NCBI GenBank assembly: GCA_963841015.1
Contig: CAWJAX010000003.1
Span: forward strand, 192,001 to 256,000
Origin: an uncultured Methanoregulaceae archaeon
GTDB lineage: Archaea; Halobacteriota; Methanomicrobia; Methanomicrobiales; Methanospirillaceae
Length of the DNA stretch: 64,000 bases
Direction of reading: 5' to 3'
Shown piece after piece: positions 52,386 through 63,659 of this stretch. Every line of letters starts with the position of its first letter. Position 1 is the stretch's first letter. A program made the position numbers and the translations under genes. The notes below the pieces were generated by a model, which saw only the letters and a program-made list of their open reading frames with translations, did no database searches and was not told the DNA's origin.

Positions 52386-54774
52386 TCAAAGATTGTGCAC
52401 AGGTGCACAACGATTTCCTGCATAGGACATAACAGGACCGGGCAGATCAATGTCCAGTACCTCTTTTAAGACCTCTTCAATGGTCTCTACGGTTACAAAG
52501 GTAAGTTCATTCCTGACATCTTCGGGAACATCTTCCAGGTCTCTCTTATTCTCTTTTGGCAGTAGTACCTTTTTTATACCTGCCCGGTGTGCAGCAAGGA
52601 CTTTTTCCTTGATCCCCCCGACCGGCAGTACAGCACCGCTGAGGGTAATCTCGCCGGTCATGGCAGTTTTCGGATCGACTGTTTTACCGGTAATTAACGA
52701 GGTCAGGGCAGTGAAGAGTGTCACACCTGCTGACGGACCGTCCTTTGGCGTTGCACCGGAGGGCACATGGATATGAACATCGCTTGCAATAAAGTCAAAA
52801 CTATTGGCTGAGTGTGCAAGCCGTGATCTGATGAGACTCAGGGAAATCTTTGCCGATTCCTTCATCACATCACCGAGTTGGCCGGTCAGGGTAAGCTTTC
52901 CGGTTCCCGGCATAAATGTACATTCAATGAAGAGAATGTCACCTCCGACAGGTGTCCATGCAAGTCCGGTGACGACCCCGGGTACCTGTTCTTTCCTGAT
53001 TTCTTCCTGGCGGATCACCTCTTTTCCCAGAATCTCCCTGAGCATATCTGCCTTGACGATATATGGCAGGTCTCTGTTGCCTGACACTATCTTTTCGGAC
53101 ACGAACCGGGCAATACTGGCAAGCTGTTTTTTCAGCCACCTGACACCCGCTTCCCGGGTATATTTTTCAATGATCACCCTGAGGGCTTCATCTTCAATGA
53201 TGAGTTTGTCTGCATCAAGACCATGTTCTTCCAGCGTCTTTGGCAGGAGGTGGTCTTTTGCAATGGCAAACTTCTCATTTTTTGTGTAGCCTGAGATCTC
53301 GATATGCTCCATCCGGTCAAGAAGCGGGGCAGGGATTGTTGCAAGGGTATTGGCAGTTGCGATGAACAATACATCCGACAGGTCATAGGGGACTTCCAGA
53401 TAGTGATCCGAGAAGGTGTTGTTCTGCTCAGGATCGAGAACTTCAAGCAGGGCGCTTGCCGGATCCCCGGCATACGAGACTGCAAGCTTGTCGATTTCAT
53501 CGAGTATGAAAACGGGATTTTTCGTACCTGCCCGCTTTATGCCCTGGATAATTCTTCCGGGCAGAGCACCGACATAGGTCCTCCGGTGCCCCCGGATTTC
53601 TGCTTCATCCCGGACACCACCAAGGCTGATCCGCACATATTTCCGGTCGAGGGCATCAGCAATGCTCTTCCCGAGGCTTGTTTTACCGGTGCCTGGCGGA
53701 CCTGACAGGAGCAGGATCGAGCCCTGTTTTTCCTGTTTTAATTTCATGACCGCGAGGTGCTGGATGATCCGTTCCTTGACCTTTTCAAGCCCGTTATGAT
53801 TGTTCTCCAGTACACGGCGGGCTTCTGCAATATCGATACTCTTTTTCTCTTCTGTCACCCAGGGAAGGTCGAGCATAAGGTCAAGGTAATTTCTGATCAC
53901 CGAACTTTCATGATTCTGACTGCCTCCGGTTTCAAGTTTCTTGAGCTCAGAGAGTGCTTTTTTTCTTACCTCATCCGGCATCTTTGCTGCTTCAATTCTT
54001 TCCCGGTATCCGGCATCTCCGGAACCAGAACCATCACTTTCATGGAGTTCTTCCTGGATAACTTTGAGTTGTTCCCGCAGCATTGCCTCACGGTTGGACT
54101 TGCTTACCTTATCAGAAACTTTTCTTGCCATTTCAATCCTGAAAGTGATATTTTCTTTTGCCCGTATCAGGATCTCAAGGAAGGTAATATATCGCTGCCG
54201 TACCGAGACAATTTCAAGGAGTGCCTGCTTTTCGGCAAGACTGGATGGCAGGAAAGGCATGACGAATCCCATGATCTGGTCTACAGAGTCCATAAGGTCA
54301 ATTGGTTTGGTGAACTGCTCGGAGCCCTGGAAGCGGTTGCTGATTTCATGGATTGTGCTTTTTATATCCGCAATGATGCGGACCTGAAGATCTTCCTCGA
54401 GATCCTGCAGATCCGGGACTGGCTCGTACACTGCAGAGAACTGCCCGTCTTTTTCAGTGAGCGAGACTGCTTTCACCCTCTGCACAACCTGTGCACAGAT
54501 CAGGTACCCGTCATCTGCCGGCTGGTACATGTGAAATGCGGAACAGGTTCCCGGTTTTATAGAACGATTCGCAGGTCACCTCATTTGACCGCGTACCGCT
54601 TTTCACGGTCAGACCGACTGCATACGCAGATTCGGGATCCTCAATGCCTTCCAGCAGAAGATCTCCGATCGCCCGGTCAACCTGGAATTTTGTCCGGCTG
54701 TTCGGGTAGACGACAATCTCAAAGAGCGGTATGACAATTTTTTCCTGGTTATCATCAGTTTGTTCTGATTGCAT
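52386..54774 (-). CDS. lon: Bacterial-type LonA ATP-dependent protease (+1 frameshift near 54526)
   Basis: Lon-N domain, [32 protein letters not shown] Ser, GGIKEK Lys; removing one C joins HVQPADDG. Confidence 0.93.
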
Positions 54775-54789
54775 GATTTCCTCAATAAT

Positions 54790-54812
54790 TTAGTTCGAAT
54801 TTACCTAACTAA
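54790..54812. promoter_or_regulatory. Putative MarR operator upstream of lon
   Basis: TTAGTTCGAA-TTT-ACCTAACTAA. Confidence 0.65.
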
Positions 54813-54831
54813 AGTTCAGGATAAAAAAAAA

Positions 54832-55251
54832 TTACCTGACTTTCTGCAGGATCCCGATCAGGAGATCCATCTCGTATTCATCCAGCGAATTCAGCATCTG
54901 TTCAATCACCCTGTGCAGGGCATAACGATCGGCTTGTGCAATTTTCTTGCCTTTGTCAGTCAGGCGGATGTACACGATCCTGCCGTCGTCGGGACACTGT
55001 TCACGGTACACGCACTCCATCCGGACAAATTTGTTGATCATCTCGGTGATCGTCGGTTTTGAGTTCCTCGTGATCTCAGCTAATTGGCTAAAAGTGACTT
55101 CCCCTTGTTCATCGATGGTTTTCAGATAGGCGATCTGTCTGACCGTCATATCCGATAGCCCGCATTCGGAGAAGACGGAGCAGGAGCATTCGTTTTTGAC
55201 CCTGATCAGGTTTTCAAAGACTTCGCACAGGTGCTCCTCTCTGTCACTCAT
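54832..55251 (-). CDS. Cys-rich MarR-family regulator
   Basis: wHTH: FSQLAEITRNSKPTITEMI...DGRIVYIRLTDKG. Confidence 0.9.
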   Translation of the reverse strand: MSDREEHLCEVFENLIRVKNECSCSVFSECGLSDMTVRQIAYLKTIDEQGEVTFSQLAEITRNSKPTITEMINKFVRMECVYREQCPDDGRIVYIRLTDKGKKIAQADRYALHRVIEQMLNSLDEYEMDLLIGILQKVR

Positions 55252-55265
55252 ACTCCGATCTTTAG

Positions 55266-55288
55266 TTAGTTAGGTTTTACCTAATAAT
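55266..55288. promoter_or_regulatory. Putative MarR operator upstream of marR
   Basis: TTAGTTAGGT-TTT-ACCTAATAAT. Confidence 0.7.
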
Positions 55289-55404
55289 AAAGATGATGAT
55301 CAGGTACTCATTTCGCAGATATCCACAGTAGAGGAATGTTGCAAAAAATATTTTTCACCAAAAATTATATTTAATGGATTTTACTATTACTGGCGTGGTG
55401 AAGT

Positions 55405-55725
55405 ATGGATACGTTTGAAAAAACCATGGAAAGTGTTTCGAAAAAGACTCCAAAAGAACAGGCAGATCTTATTGCAGATTTCAAATCCAAATGCCCCTGC
55501 CCTACCTGTCCTACGTACAATAACTGTGCATCAAAAGCGGGAGAGAAACTCTTCTGTATTAACGGCAAGAGCTTTATGTGCATCAGTGATGACAAGGGTT
55601 GTTCCTGTCCCCAGTGCCCGATTGGAAAAGATGTGGGCCTGAAACACCAGAAGTTCTGCCTACGCGGTTCTGAGATGGCCCAGCGGTACGAAAGTACCCT
55701 CTGGGGGACATCGCTGAACAGGTAA
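55405..55725 (+). CDS. DUF2769-like Cys-rich protein
   Basis: CPCPTCPTY..C...LFC..GKS..C...CSCPQCP...FC..G. Confidence 0.8.
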   Translation: MDTFEKTMESVSKKTPKEQADLIADFKSKCPCPTCPTYNNCASKAGEKLFCINGKSFMCISDDKGCSCPQCPIGKDVGLKHQKFCLRGSEMAQRYESTLWGTSLNR

Positions 55726-56014
55726 ACTTCCCCTTTTTTGCTATTCATCGGATACCAGTACGTTTACGTGATGGGCCGGCTGCGCCGTGAACAAACCTCC
55801 TGTTCTTTTGCACCACAGAATCTTCGTGCTTTGAAGGGATTTTCACCTTCCACTCAACATTTGGACAGATCACCTGATGGACAAGGGATACCATGATCAC
55901 TTCTTCACGGTTGGCCATTTCAGTTAACGACCTGCAAGACTTTTACGTATAGTCCTTTTCGATCGGAGATTCTTTCCCCGCCAGGATACTTTAAACACCT
56001 GCCCTGCAAACTTT

Positions 56015-56590
56015 ATGTCGGAGAATATGATGGAAAAGATCACACTCGGCACGATGCCGTTCATGAGTGTTATGCCGACCCTGCTTGTCGGTGCAAACGT
56101 GAGGGGAAAACCTAACTATATGACTGCTGCGTGGGCCACGGTGGCCTGCATGGCGCCGCCAATGGTCTGCGTTGCGATCAACAGGATGCGGTACACAGCG
56201 AAAGGTATTGAAGAGAACAAGACCTTCAGCCTGAATGTCCCGTCCGTAAAACAGGTAGTCGAGACCGACCACTGCGGTCTTGTTTCCGGTGCGCATGAAG
56301 ACAAGTCAAAGGTCTTCCGGTCGTTTTACGGAAAACTCAAAACTGCTCCCCTTGCTGAGGAGTGCCCGATAAACATCGAGTGCAGACTCTTCAAATCGGT
56401 TGACTGCGGGAGCCACCTGCTGTATATTGGTGAGGTTGTGGAGATCCATGCCGAAAAAGCGTGTGTGACTGACGGGAAGCCGGATATCACGAAGATCAAC
56501 CCGATCATATATGCCCAGTCCGCTTACTTTGACGTAGGGAAACAAGTGGATTCGGCGTTTTTTGCCGGGAAGAAATATATGAAGAAATAA
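56015..56590 (+). CDS. Flavin reductase/flavoredoxin family protein
   Basis: NYMTAAW, FSLNVP, CGLVSG, APLAEECPINIEC, GSHLLYIGEV. Confidence 0.9.
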   Translation: MSENMMEKITLGTMPFMSVMPTLLVGANVRGKPNYMTAAWATVACMAPPMVCVAINRMRYTAKGIEENKTFSLNVPSVKQVVETDHCGLVSGAHEDKSKVFRSFYGKLKTAPLAEECPINIECRLFKSVDCGSHLLYIGEVVEIHAEKACVTDGKPDITKINPIIYAQSAYFDVGKQVDSAFFAGKKYMKK

Positions 56591-56660
56591 TAGCGTGACA
56601 TTTCCTTTAATTTTTTAATTATAAAACTACTAAAAAAAGTGTCGCGAGAAGGGGAACTCA

Positions 56661-57083
56661 ATGGATGACCTGACTACAGAAGAAGAGCCCTGTGAGCAGT
56701 GCGGACTCTGCTGCCGGATCTTCGGTCCCGGCATCACACCTACCATAGCGAATGTGTATGTCTGGATGGAACAGGAGCGGACTGATATCCTGCGCTGGTT
56801 TGTTGCGTTCATGGAAAACAGCACAGCGTTACAGTGTACCGATCTCAAACCTGAAGATCTCGGGAATATTGTGTCTGTTGAGATGCGCAATCCCGAAAAC
56901 GGGGAGTTTGTCACGGTCTGCCCGTTCCTGCGCCGTGTAGCAAAAGAGCGGTACCTCTGCGGTATCCACCAGGTAAAACCCGATATGTGCTGCACGTACC
57001 AGCCATGGATCTGGGGCGAGACGTACTTCAACCGGTGCAGAGCTTTGGGAAAAACGGACCGTAACCGCAGATGTCCGCTCTGA
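56661..57083 (+). CDS. YkgJ/CxxCxxCC family protein
   Basis: CEQCGLCC...CPFL...CGIHQVKPDMC. Confidence 0.85.
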   Translation: MDDLTTEEEPCEQCGLCCRIFGPGITPTIANVYVWMEQERTDILRWFVAFMENSTALQCTDLKPEDLGNIVSVEMRNPENGEFVTVCPFLRRVAKERYLCGIHQVKPDMCCTYQPWIWGETYFNRCRALGKTDRNRRCPL

Positions 57084-57215
57084 TCCGGAAGCATATTTTC
57101 AATGGGATTAGGTCGCCGGTCTGGATTGTCCCTGATGGTTCCCACTATCATAAAAAACGTTCCCGAAATACACCCCCCCTGCTTTTTCTCCCCTCAAATC
57201 CTAAAAAACCTGATA

Positions 57216-57450
57216 ATGCCCCGTATCGAATATCGGACAACAAATATCAGTGAAATTGACCTCATCCGCCCACTCTGGAGAAAGATCAATGATTATATGC
57301 CCGGTAAGGCAGGGACATTCCGTAGCCATTATGAGCAGATGACGTTTGAAGGAAGAAAAGTTTACTAGAACAAAGTCGAGGCAGCCGGTACCCTGCACCT
57401 TGACCTTGCCTTTAATCTCCGGGTCAGGGGAAAGTAGGTCGGATACCATG
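57216..57450 (+). pseudogene. Truncated GNAT-acetyltransferase-like remnant
   Basis: IDLIRPLW...FRSHYEQMTFEGRK N-terminus, in-frame TAG at about 57366, then loss of frame. Confidence 0.5.
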
Positions 57451-57458
57451 TGAGTGCA

Positions 57459-57851
57459 TCAGGGTGATCCCGTATTCTTCACTCTCGCTTCATTCTCTTC
57501 AATTCTCGCTTTGACAATTTTCTTTACCAGTGATGCAGGAAGTGGATTTTTTGCCGAAAAATGGATGGTTGTCCCGGAAGTGTCCCATGGCTTAAGCTCA
57601 CTGCTGAATCTGTCTATAACGGGTTTACTCACCCCAAAAAAACTGCAATGATTCCTGAATGCGGCAAAGTGGACCAGAGGTCCGTGATATTTGTACGTCG
57701 GAATCTGATAACTGATGACTTCTTCAGCTTGTGGCGCGGCGGACCGGATTGTCTTGCGGAGCTTTTCAAGTACTGACCGAACATCTTCGGGAGCCGCAGC
57801 AAGGTACTCATCAACGTTTTTTGCTGGTTTTTGCAGGTGATCTTTTTTCAT
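57459..57851 (-). CDS. DUF1801/YdhG-like protein
   Basis: VDEYL...LEKLRKTIRSAAPQAEEVISYQIPTY...TIHF...PLP. Confidence 0.88.
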   Translation of the reverse strand: MKKDHLQKPAKNVDEYLAAAPEDVRSVLEKLRKTIRSAAPQAEEVISYQIPTYKYHGPLVHFAAFRNHCSFFGVSKPVIDRFSSELKPWDTSGTTIHFSAKNPLPASLVKKIVKARIEENEARVKNTGSP

Positions 57852-58020
57852 ACTTCTTTCCTGATCCTTCTGACACTTCTTCCACATCCCGGGACCTGCA
57901 CACATGGCAGATGGTTGTCTTTCCTGTACTCTCGTAGACATGGCCACACTGATTGCACCGGTACTTGTACCAGACAAGTTCATCGATGGTAAAGTTTGAA
58001 CAACCGCAAATATAACACAT
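57811..58020 (-). CDS. Small zinc-ribbon protein
   Basis: CYIC, YRCNQCG, CHVCRS. Confidence 0.6.
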   Translation of the reverse strand: MCYICGCSNFTIDELVWYKYRCNQCGHVYESTGKTTICHVCRSRDVEEVSEGSGKKYEKRSPAKTSKKR

Positions 58021-58340
58021 ATCCCATCACCTCATCTATCACCATATGGCTCTGACCAGAAAAAAGTTCTCTTCATCAGCGCAACAACGATCGATAAAAT
58101 ACTATTACCATCTCGCCTTAATGATGGGGGAATGCCAATGACCGCCGCCTGTTCAGCAACAACCACAAAAGCCCTGTTAATTCCGCCTGTCTGGATAGGG
58201 ACATCCGTACTGGTTTCAGGTACTTGTAACTATAACCAGCATCTGTGGAATAGTGCTGGAAAAAACCTATTCCCGGGAGACAATTGCTCAATTCATGGTC
58301 AGGCAGGGATCAGTCAAAACCGCCTGTCCGTATTCTCCAC

Positions 58341-59378
58341 CTACTGTAAAAGTGGGCCCAGATTTCTTAAAGCATCAAGCATCGGGAGTCCGATTCCTGA
58401 TCGTCGGGCATTCCGGAAAAGTCTCCATCGATCCTGCAGCCTCGGCCCGTTTTTTCCTGCCGGCGAGAGGAAATAATCAAGCGTTTCCCGCTCTTTTTTC
58501 ATCCATGTAAACCGGGCCAGTACCGATTTGGTATAGCGGTTATAATCAGGAAAGGAATCTGCAAAAATCCTGGCACATTCAAGAGAATGGACGATACCTT
58601 CTCCCGTGAAAGGGGCTACTGTCCCGATTGATTCACCAATACCGACAATATCCTGCTGAGTCCCGTTTTTCCGCTTTTTCCCAAAATAAAACGGTGTTGA
58701 ATAGTAAGGGGAGGCTACCCGTACAAACCCCTGGCAGGTGCAGAGCCTGGTGAATGAAAAACTTCCCGACGAGTCCTGATAAAACCGGTCCAGAAAGCTG
58801 TCAAGCTGGTCACCACTAACCCCGCCGACACCAATATGGACCTGATTGTTCCCGAGAGGGAAAATCCACAGGTACCCAAGCCCGGGAATCCTGTTCCCAT
58901 AAACACCTGCCTCAAGGTGTTCATTGTCATGGGATTCCACAATAACCCGGTGCTGCAGGGTCGGCATTACCAGATCTGCCCTGCAGGGGGGCAGGAAAGC
59001 CCGGGTGATCCCTGTTGCATCTACAATGATGTCATAGTCGTCTGCTTCTTCCTGGCTGAGGTTCTGCCTTTTCAGTCTGGTGCCCCGGGTTAAATCTTTT
59101 ATAAGACGGGGTTTGTTGAGAGTGCAGAGAGGAGTCTGTGCTACCAGACCGTTGAAATTCATTGTTGACATTGGTTCGAGAAGGAAATTGTTAAAATCGA
59201 GGCCCACATCCGCGAGATAACGTTCAATGCTTCGTGGAGCACCCCACCCGCATGAGCGACATCCGCACCGGTTCCCATGATCCATACGGTCGTAGAGGTC
59301 TGGTGAGATTCCCCGCTGTTCGAGTAGCTTCGCAAGATATCCCCCGGCAATTCCGGCACCGGCAATCGCTACATCCAT
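58341..59378 (-). CDS. GGR-like FAD-dependent oxidoreductase
   Basis: IAGAGIAG, DATG, GYLWIFP, GESIG...FTGEGI. Confidence 0.85.
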   Translation of the reverse strand: MDVAIAGAGIAGGYLAKLLEQRGISPDLYDRMDHGNRCGCRSCGWGAPRSIERYLADVGLDFNNFLLEPMSTMNFNGLVAQTPLCTLNKPRLIKDLTRGTRLKRQNLSQEEADDYDIIVDATGITRAFLPPCRADLVMPTLQHRVIVESHDNEHLEAGVYGNRIPGLGYLWIFPLGNNQVHIGVGGVSGDQLDSFLDRFYQDSSGSFSFTRLCTCQGFVRVASPYYSTPFYFGKKRKNGTQQDIVGIGESIGTVAPFTGEGIVHSLECARIFADSFPDYNRYTKSVLARFTWMKKERETLDYFLSPAGKNGPRLQDRWRLFRNARRSGIGLPMLDALRNLGPLLQ

Positions 59379-59477
59379 ACAACCCCTCCTGACCTCAGTA
59401 CTTCTTCTCCAGGAAATTCAATGAAACAAATGTAAATCATCACCGAAATATTTAGGTGTACCGGATGAACTCTCATT

Positions 59478-60047
59478 ATGAAGAATCGCCTCCTCTCGAT
59501 TTTACTGCTCTTTGCCATCCTTATCTTCACCGCAGGTTGTATGGAACCGTTCGTTCAGGAACCACCTATCCAGGAACCATCCGTTTGGGTGAGTGATATT
59601 ACCGTGTCGGATATTTCCCTAGAGACAATACAGGTCAATACGACCATTATCATCTTCAATCCCAATCCTGTTGACGCAAAACTTACTACGGTGGCTCTGG
59701 ATCTTTATTACCTCGATGATGCCAAAAACTACCTCGGCCACGGGGAAGAATCCACTATTGACGTAATAAAAAATGGCAATACAACGGTAAACCTGCCCGT
59801 AACCATTGGAAATGTCAAGGCTCTCAAAGCACTGGGATCGCTGGTTCAGAAAGGATCCATCACGCTCTACGTAAACGGTTCAGCGGGTATGGATATTAAA
59901 GGAAAATCGTTTGAAAAGCCATTTGAACAGAGTAAAGAGTTCCGGGCACGTGATTTCGAATCCCTCCTTCCCATGACTACCATTCCCGGAACCTCTGTCA
60001 ACATAACGGAAAAGTTACAGCAACTCAGGGGATTAGTGGAATGGTGA
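59478..60047 (+). CDS. LEA_2/WHy-domain lipoprotein
   Basis: TAGC lipobox, FNPNP motif. Confidence 0.85.
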   Translation: MKNRLLSILLLFAILIFTAGCMEPFVQEPPIQEPSVWVSDITVSDISLETIQVNTTIIIFNPNPVDAKLTTVALDLYYLDDAKNYLGHGEESTIDVIKNGNTTVNLPVTIGNVKALKALGSLVQKGSITLYVNGSAGMDIKGKSFEKPFEQSKEFRARDFESLLPMTTIPGTSVNITEKLQQLRGLVEW

Positions 60048-60283
60048 GGGGATGACAATCACCACGGGAGGAAGTGTCCTGCATCTGTTGAGTCTGCTCT
60101 CATCACCACTGTTTCTCTGCCGGATTCTCATTAAAAACAGGTCCCTTTATGGTGACACCGATGAAGGGAATCATTCGCCACGGGGGCTAAGGTTCTCCCG
60201 TAGAAAATGTGGACAAGAGGGGGTTTCAGGTGACACATGAGATCAAATTGCCCCTCGGTTTGTTGTTTTCACCCGCTCTTCCC

Positions 60284-60469
60284 TCACTTCTTCTGCTGCA
60301 TCGATGCCACTTCGCCCTCAAGCGTTGTCTTCAGCTTGTCCACCGCTTCGTTGAGATCATTGGTCGTGGTGATGGTGAAGGAGTTATCACTCTTCTTGTC
60401 ATGGTAGTTGACCGTAAACTCGATCTGCCCGTCTTTTCCCTTCTTTGGCTCGATGATAAGCTGTGCCAT
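60284..60469 (-). CDS. Small hypothetical protein
   Basis: 61 aa, three strands plus helix pattern, strongly biased codon usage, GAGTGAG RBS. Confidence 0.65.
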   Translation of the reverse strand: MAQLIIEPKKGKDGQIEFTVNYHDKKSDNSFTITTTNDLNEAVDKLKTTLEGEVASMQQKK

Positions 60470-60981
60470 AGCTCACTCAGAATACCTCATATGTTATCGT
60501 TTTTCTTATCAGTTTTTTCCTGATTGCATCCTCACGGGTATCTCAGATACCCGGAGGCTTATCCAGGGTCAGGGAGAAGGAAAAACGAGTCCCGGAAAAT
60601 TCTTTTACGGTAAAACCGGCAGATCCGGCCAGACGGGTGACCGTGCTGCGTGTCTGGAAATGGGGATCCCTTATGGTTTCTTCTACAAGCAGGATATCTC
60701 CGGGCTTTAAGTGCTTCAAAGATCTTCCGTAATGCCGCTTCCCGGTCGGCGCACTTTGTCTTGACGTTCAAGGCGCTAACATTTATTTTTGGGAAATCAA
60801 AATATTTTAAAATATTACTATTTCCGTGTTATTACTGATTTTTAATCAGTCATTATGTGATTTAAAAAAAAACATAGTTGAACGAGAAAATCCCAGACGG
60901 CGTAAACATGTTCACTGTTTTGGCGGAATCAGTTGCCTTTTAATGATAAAAGGCGATTGATGAATTTGAGAAAGTACACCC

Positions 60982-61125
60982 ATGAACAAAATCCTGTTTA
61001 TTGTTGGGCTATGTATCGCATTGGTAGCTGCTGCACTCCTGTTTTTGAATATCATTGAATCCGGAGTCGCCGCGATGATTGGTATCCTGGGTATCGGGCT
61101 GATTGCTACCTCCGGTAGATTGTAA
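60982..61125 (+). CDS. 47-aa 2-TM microprotein absent from the ORF track
   Basis: MNKILFIVGLCIALVAAALLFLNIIESGVAAMIGILGIGLIATSGRL*. Confidence 0.6.
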   Translation: MNKILFIVGLCIALVAAALLFLNIIESGVAAMIGILGIGLIATSGRL

Positions 61126-61298
61126 ATCATTTCACCCTGCACGGTAATCATGACAGCACGGTCGAAGTGAATGCGCTTAAGTCGGCCTTCTCCAAGAACC
61201 GCCCGGAAAGGATTGAAAATGCAGAGTGGATATCAGTAAGCTTCGGAGTAAAGGTATTATTCTCTCTTCGCACTAGTACTTCTTGAGTGAAGAGTACC

Positions 61299-61547
61299 AT
61301 GAAAATACCGGAGACAACAAAAACCGTGGATGATACTCCTGAGAACCTGCAGATTTGCAAAAAGTACTGTGGTGCCTGTCCGACATGCAAAGGGAGCAGT
61401 CTTTCAAAGTCCCCACCGAATGCACTCTTCTGCGCACGGGGAAAATCATCAGTTTCTCCAAAAGTTAAAACGATCAAGTGCTTTTGTCCGGCATGTGAGG
61501 TATTCACGAAAAACAGGCTCATCATCGGTTACTTCTGCGCTAAGTGA
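61299..61547 (+). CDS. DUF2769-like Cys-rich protein
   Basis: DTPENLQIC..YCGACPT...LFCARGKS...CFCPAC.V...YFC. Confidence 0.8.
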   Translation: MKIPETTKTVDDTPENLQICKKYCGACPTCKGSSLSKSPPNALFCARGKSSVSPKVKTIKCFCPACEVFTKNRLIIGYFCAK

Positions 61548-61732
61548 TGAAGTTCAGCATTATTTTCTTCCGGTTACTGGTGCAGGGAATTTCAACCTGG
61601 CACGAGACGATAGATACTCTTTTTATAAAACCAATTCTCCTTTTAAGGATTCTCCTTTGCAAATGAAAAGTTAAAAAAAAAGTGTCTCATCATGATCCTG
61701 CGCAATCGCGCAGGAATGCCGGAGGCTGCGAT

Positions 61733-61957
61733 TTATGTGCTAACCTGTTTTGTCCGGAACTGTGTCCGGACTTTCTCGGAAAAGAATTTCCCAATCTCAC
61801 CGGAATGCATGAGATCAGCGTAGACTTTTGGAGGGACACCCGAATACTGGTAAACAAGTCCTGTATGAAATTCAATTTCAAGGATTTTTGTGCTGTCATC
61901 ATATCCCACTGAGCGCAGAATACGGGACTTGACAGGTTGTCTTTCCAGAAGTATCAC
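61733..61957 (-). CDS. KTSC domain protein
   Basis: RQPVKSRILRSVGYD...LEIEFHTG.VYQY.GVP. Confidence 0.88.
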   Translation of the reverse strand: MILLERQPVKSRILRSVGYDDSTKILEIEFHTGLVYQYSGVPPKVYADLMHSGEIGKFFSEKVRTQFRTKQVST

Positions 61958-62091
61958 TATTCTTTTACACGTGCGCTGAATGGTTAATGGTTTTTATAAA
62001 ATGAACCCAGGAGAACCGGGCATGAACAGTTCGGGTTTTCGCTCGAACCATAAAAATCGAATACCCTGTTTTTATTTTGATATGAAAGGGT

Positions 62092-62236
62092 AATTTCAAT
62101 TAGTTGTTTTTCATAAAAAATGCTGAATTACAAGCATTACCCTTAAGGGGGTTACACCCCCCGCTGTGGTTCCCCCGATGCGATAAACCCTGACAAAGGT
62201 GGTGCGTCATCATCGCTCACAGCAGGAGCGATATGG
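62092..62236 (-). repeat. Dispersed ~145-bp intergenic repeat, copy 2
   Basis: Inverted homolog of 46691-46835. Confidence 0.8.
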
Positions 62237-62401
62237 GGGGACAGGCACTGTCCTATCCTTCATCGTACCAGCATCTTTAATTTCATTTCAAGGGAAAAGG
62301 AATTCTCCGGAGCCATAAAATGTTTTTTTGGATTTTTTTTTGGGATTATTAATTGGTCGTGACTTTTCCTCAGGCACAGTGCATCGCTGGAACGTGCAGT
62401 T

Positions 62402-63002
62402 TCAGCGCTTCTCCAGGAGAGTACGTATACGTATCAGCTCACCGAGGATCTGCTGATCGACAGGACTGCCGTTCACTGGTGAGACGGTGCTGTTCCCGGT
62501 CCCGTCATCACGAGCGGGAGACTCGCGGACCATTGACCGTATAAGTTCCCGGAGTTCTTCAGCATGCTCGATAGCCTCAATCAGGATCTCCGGCATTGCC
62601 TGCCCGGAATAGCCTGCTGTCTGGATAGAAAGGTTTGAGATCCCGAGAAAGCGCATGAACGGTCCCTGCCGTACATCAAGATTCGTGATGCGGTTATAAG
62701 CAATGATCCCGGTTGTCCGGAACCAGACGCCCCGCTTCCAGTTGATCTCATCATCGCGAAGCTCGTACCACATGCTGTCGTAAAAGAGACCGACCCAGTA
62801 CCAGAGCAGGGCATACAGGAGGAGAGTCCCCACGGGGATAACGACCAAGAACGCTGCCGGCATTTCGGCAAACGGTACCTGCCGGTACATACGCGAAGAG
62901 CAGGATAAGACCGAGAATGAGCGCGATTCCGACCCGGTACCACGTCTTCATCGAAAACGAAGGCTTGAACAGGGTGTTGAGGGGATAATGCTGACTCTGC
63001 AT
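62402..63002 (-). CDS. Membrane protein with bacterial PH (YdbS-like) domain (+1 frameshift near 62880)
   Basis: YELRDDEINWKRGVWFR...YNRITNLDVRQGPFMRFLG...QTAG. Confidence 0.85.
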
Positions 63003-63087
63003 GGGTATCTTCCCGGAATTTTTGTGATGGGCACAGATAAGGTTGTGTGATCTCCAGCCAGTGAACGCAAATCAGAAATACCGAAAA

Positions 63088-63585
63088 ATGAAAGCATTCT
63101 TCATGAAAATCACCATACCTCTCACAGCGGTATTTGTTCTCATCATCTGTGTAGTATTTGCCGGTTGTACAAGCCCCACCGATGCAAAGATCAAACCCTT
63201 CGAAACAACCGCTCCGGCACCCAGTCCGACACCAACCTTTCACTCTACTTCAACAGTTATATCCACACCACAAGCCGTAGAAGCCCTCCCGTACGAGAGA
63301 AATGTTAACATCCAGGTCGATAAACAGCGTCCTGATGCCTCAATTCACCTGATTTTCATTGGTGGCCGGGGAGAGGATTATGTCCAGAATATCATGATGC
63401 GGGTTACCCGTTCAGATGGAACAGTTGAAGAAAAATATTTAAGTGACGGGATACGGAAGCCCCGCTCTTATGATGAGCTGGTGATGGACGGTACCCGGGG
63501 CACTGATCAGGTTGAAGTGTTCATCACCAGCCTGGGGACGACCTATAAGATATTTGATAAACCGCTTGCGTATCCGGACGTATAA
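63088..63585 (+). CDS. Hypothetical lipoprotein
   Basis: FAGC lipobox, Thr/Pro linker, FIGGRG...VTRSDG...GTDQVEV beta domain. Confidence 0.8.
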   Translation: MKAFFMKITIPLTAVFVLIICVVFAGCTSPTDAKIKPFETTAPAPSPTPTFHSTSTVISTPQAVEALPYERNVNIQVDKQRPDASIHLIFIGGRGEDYVQNIMMRVTRSDGTVEEKYLSDGIRKPRSYDELVMDGTRGTDQVEVFITSLGTTYKIFDKPLAYPDV

Positions 63586-63659
63586 ATATCTTTTTTCCTC
63601 ATGGGGCGTTGAAGATGAAGATCACTTTCAAGGAATCATTATCAGAGAGGGAGACCTTA

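Noticed and set aside
58110-58170. Possible fluoride riboswitch-like sequence
   Set aside because: Pairing and consensus not satisfied, and no cognate downstream gene
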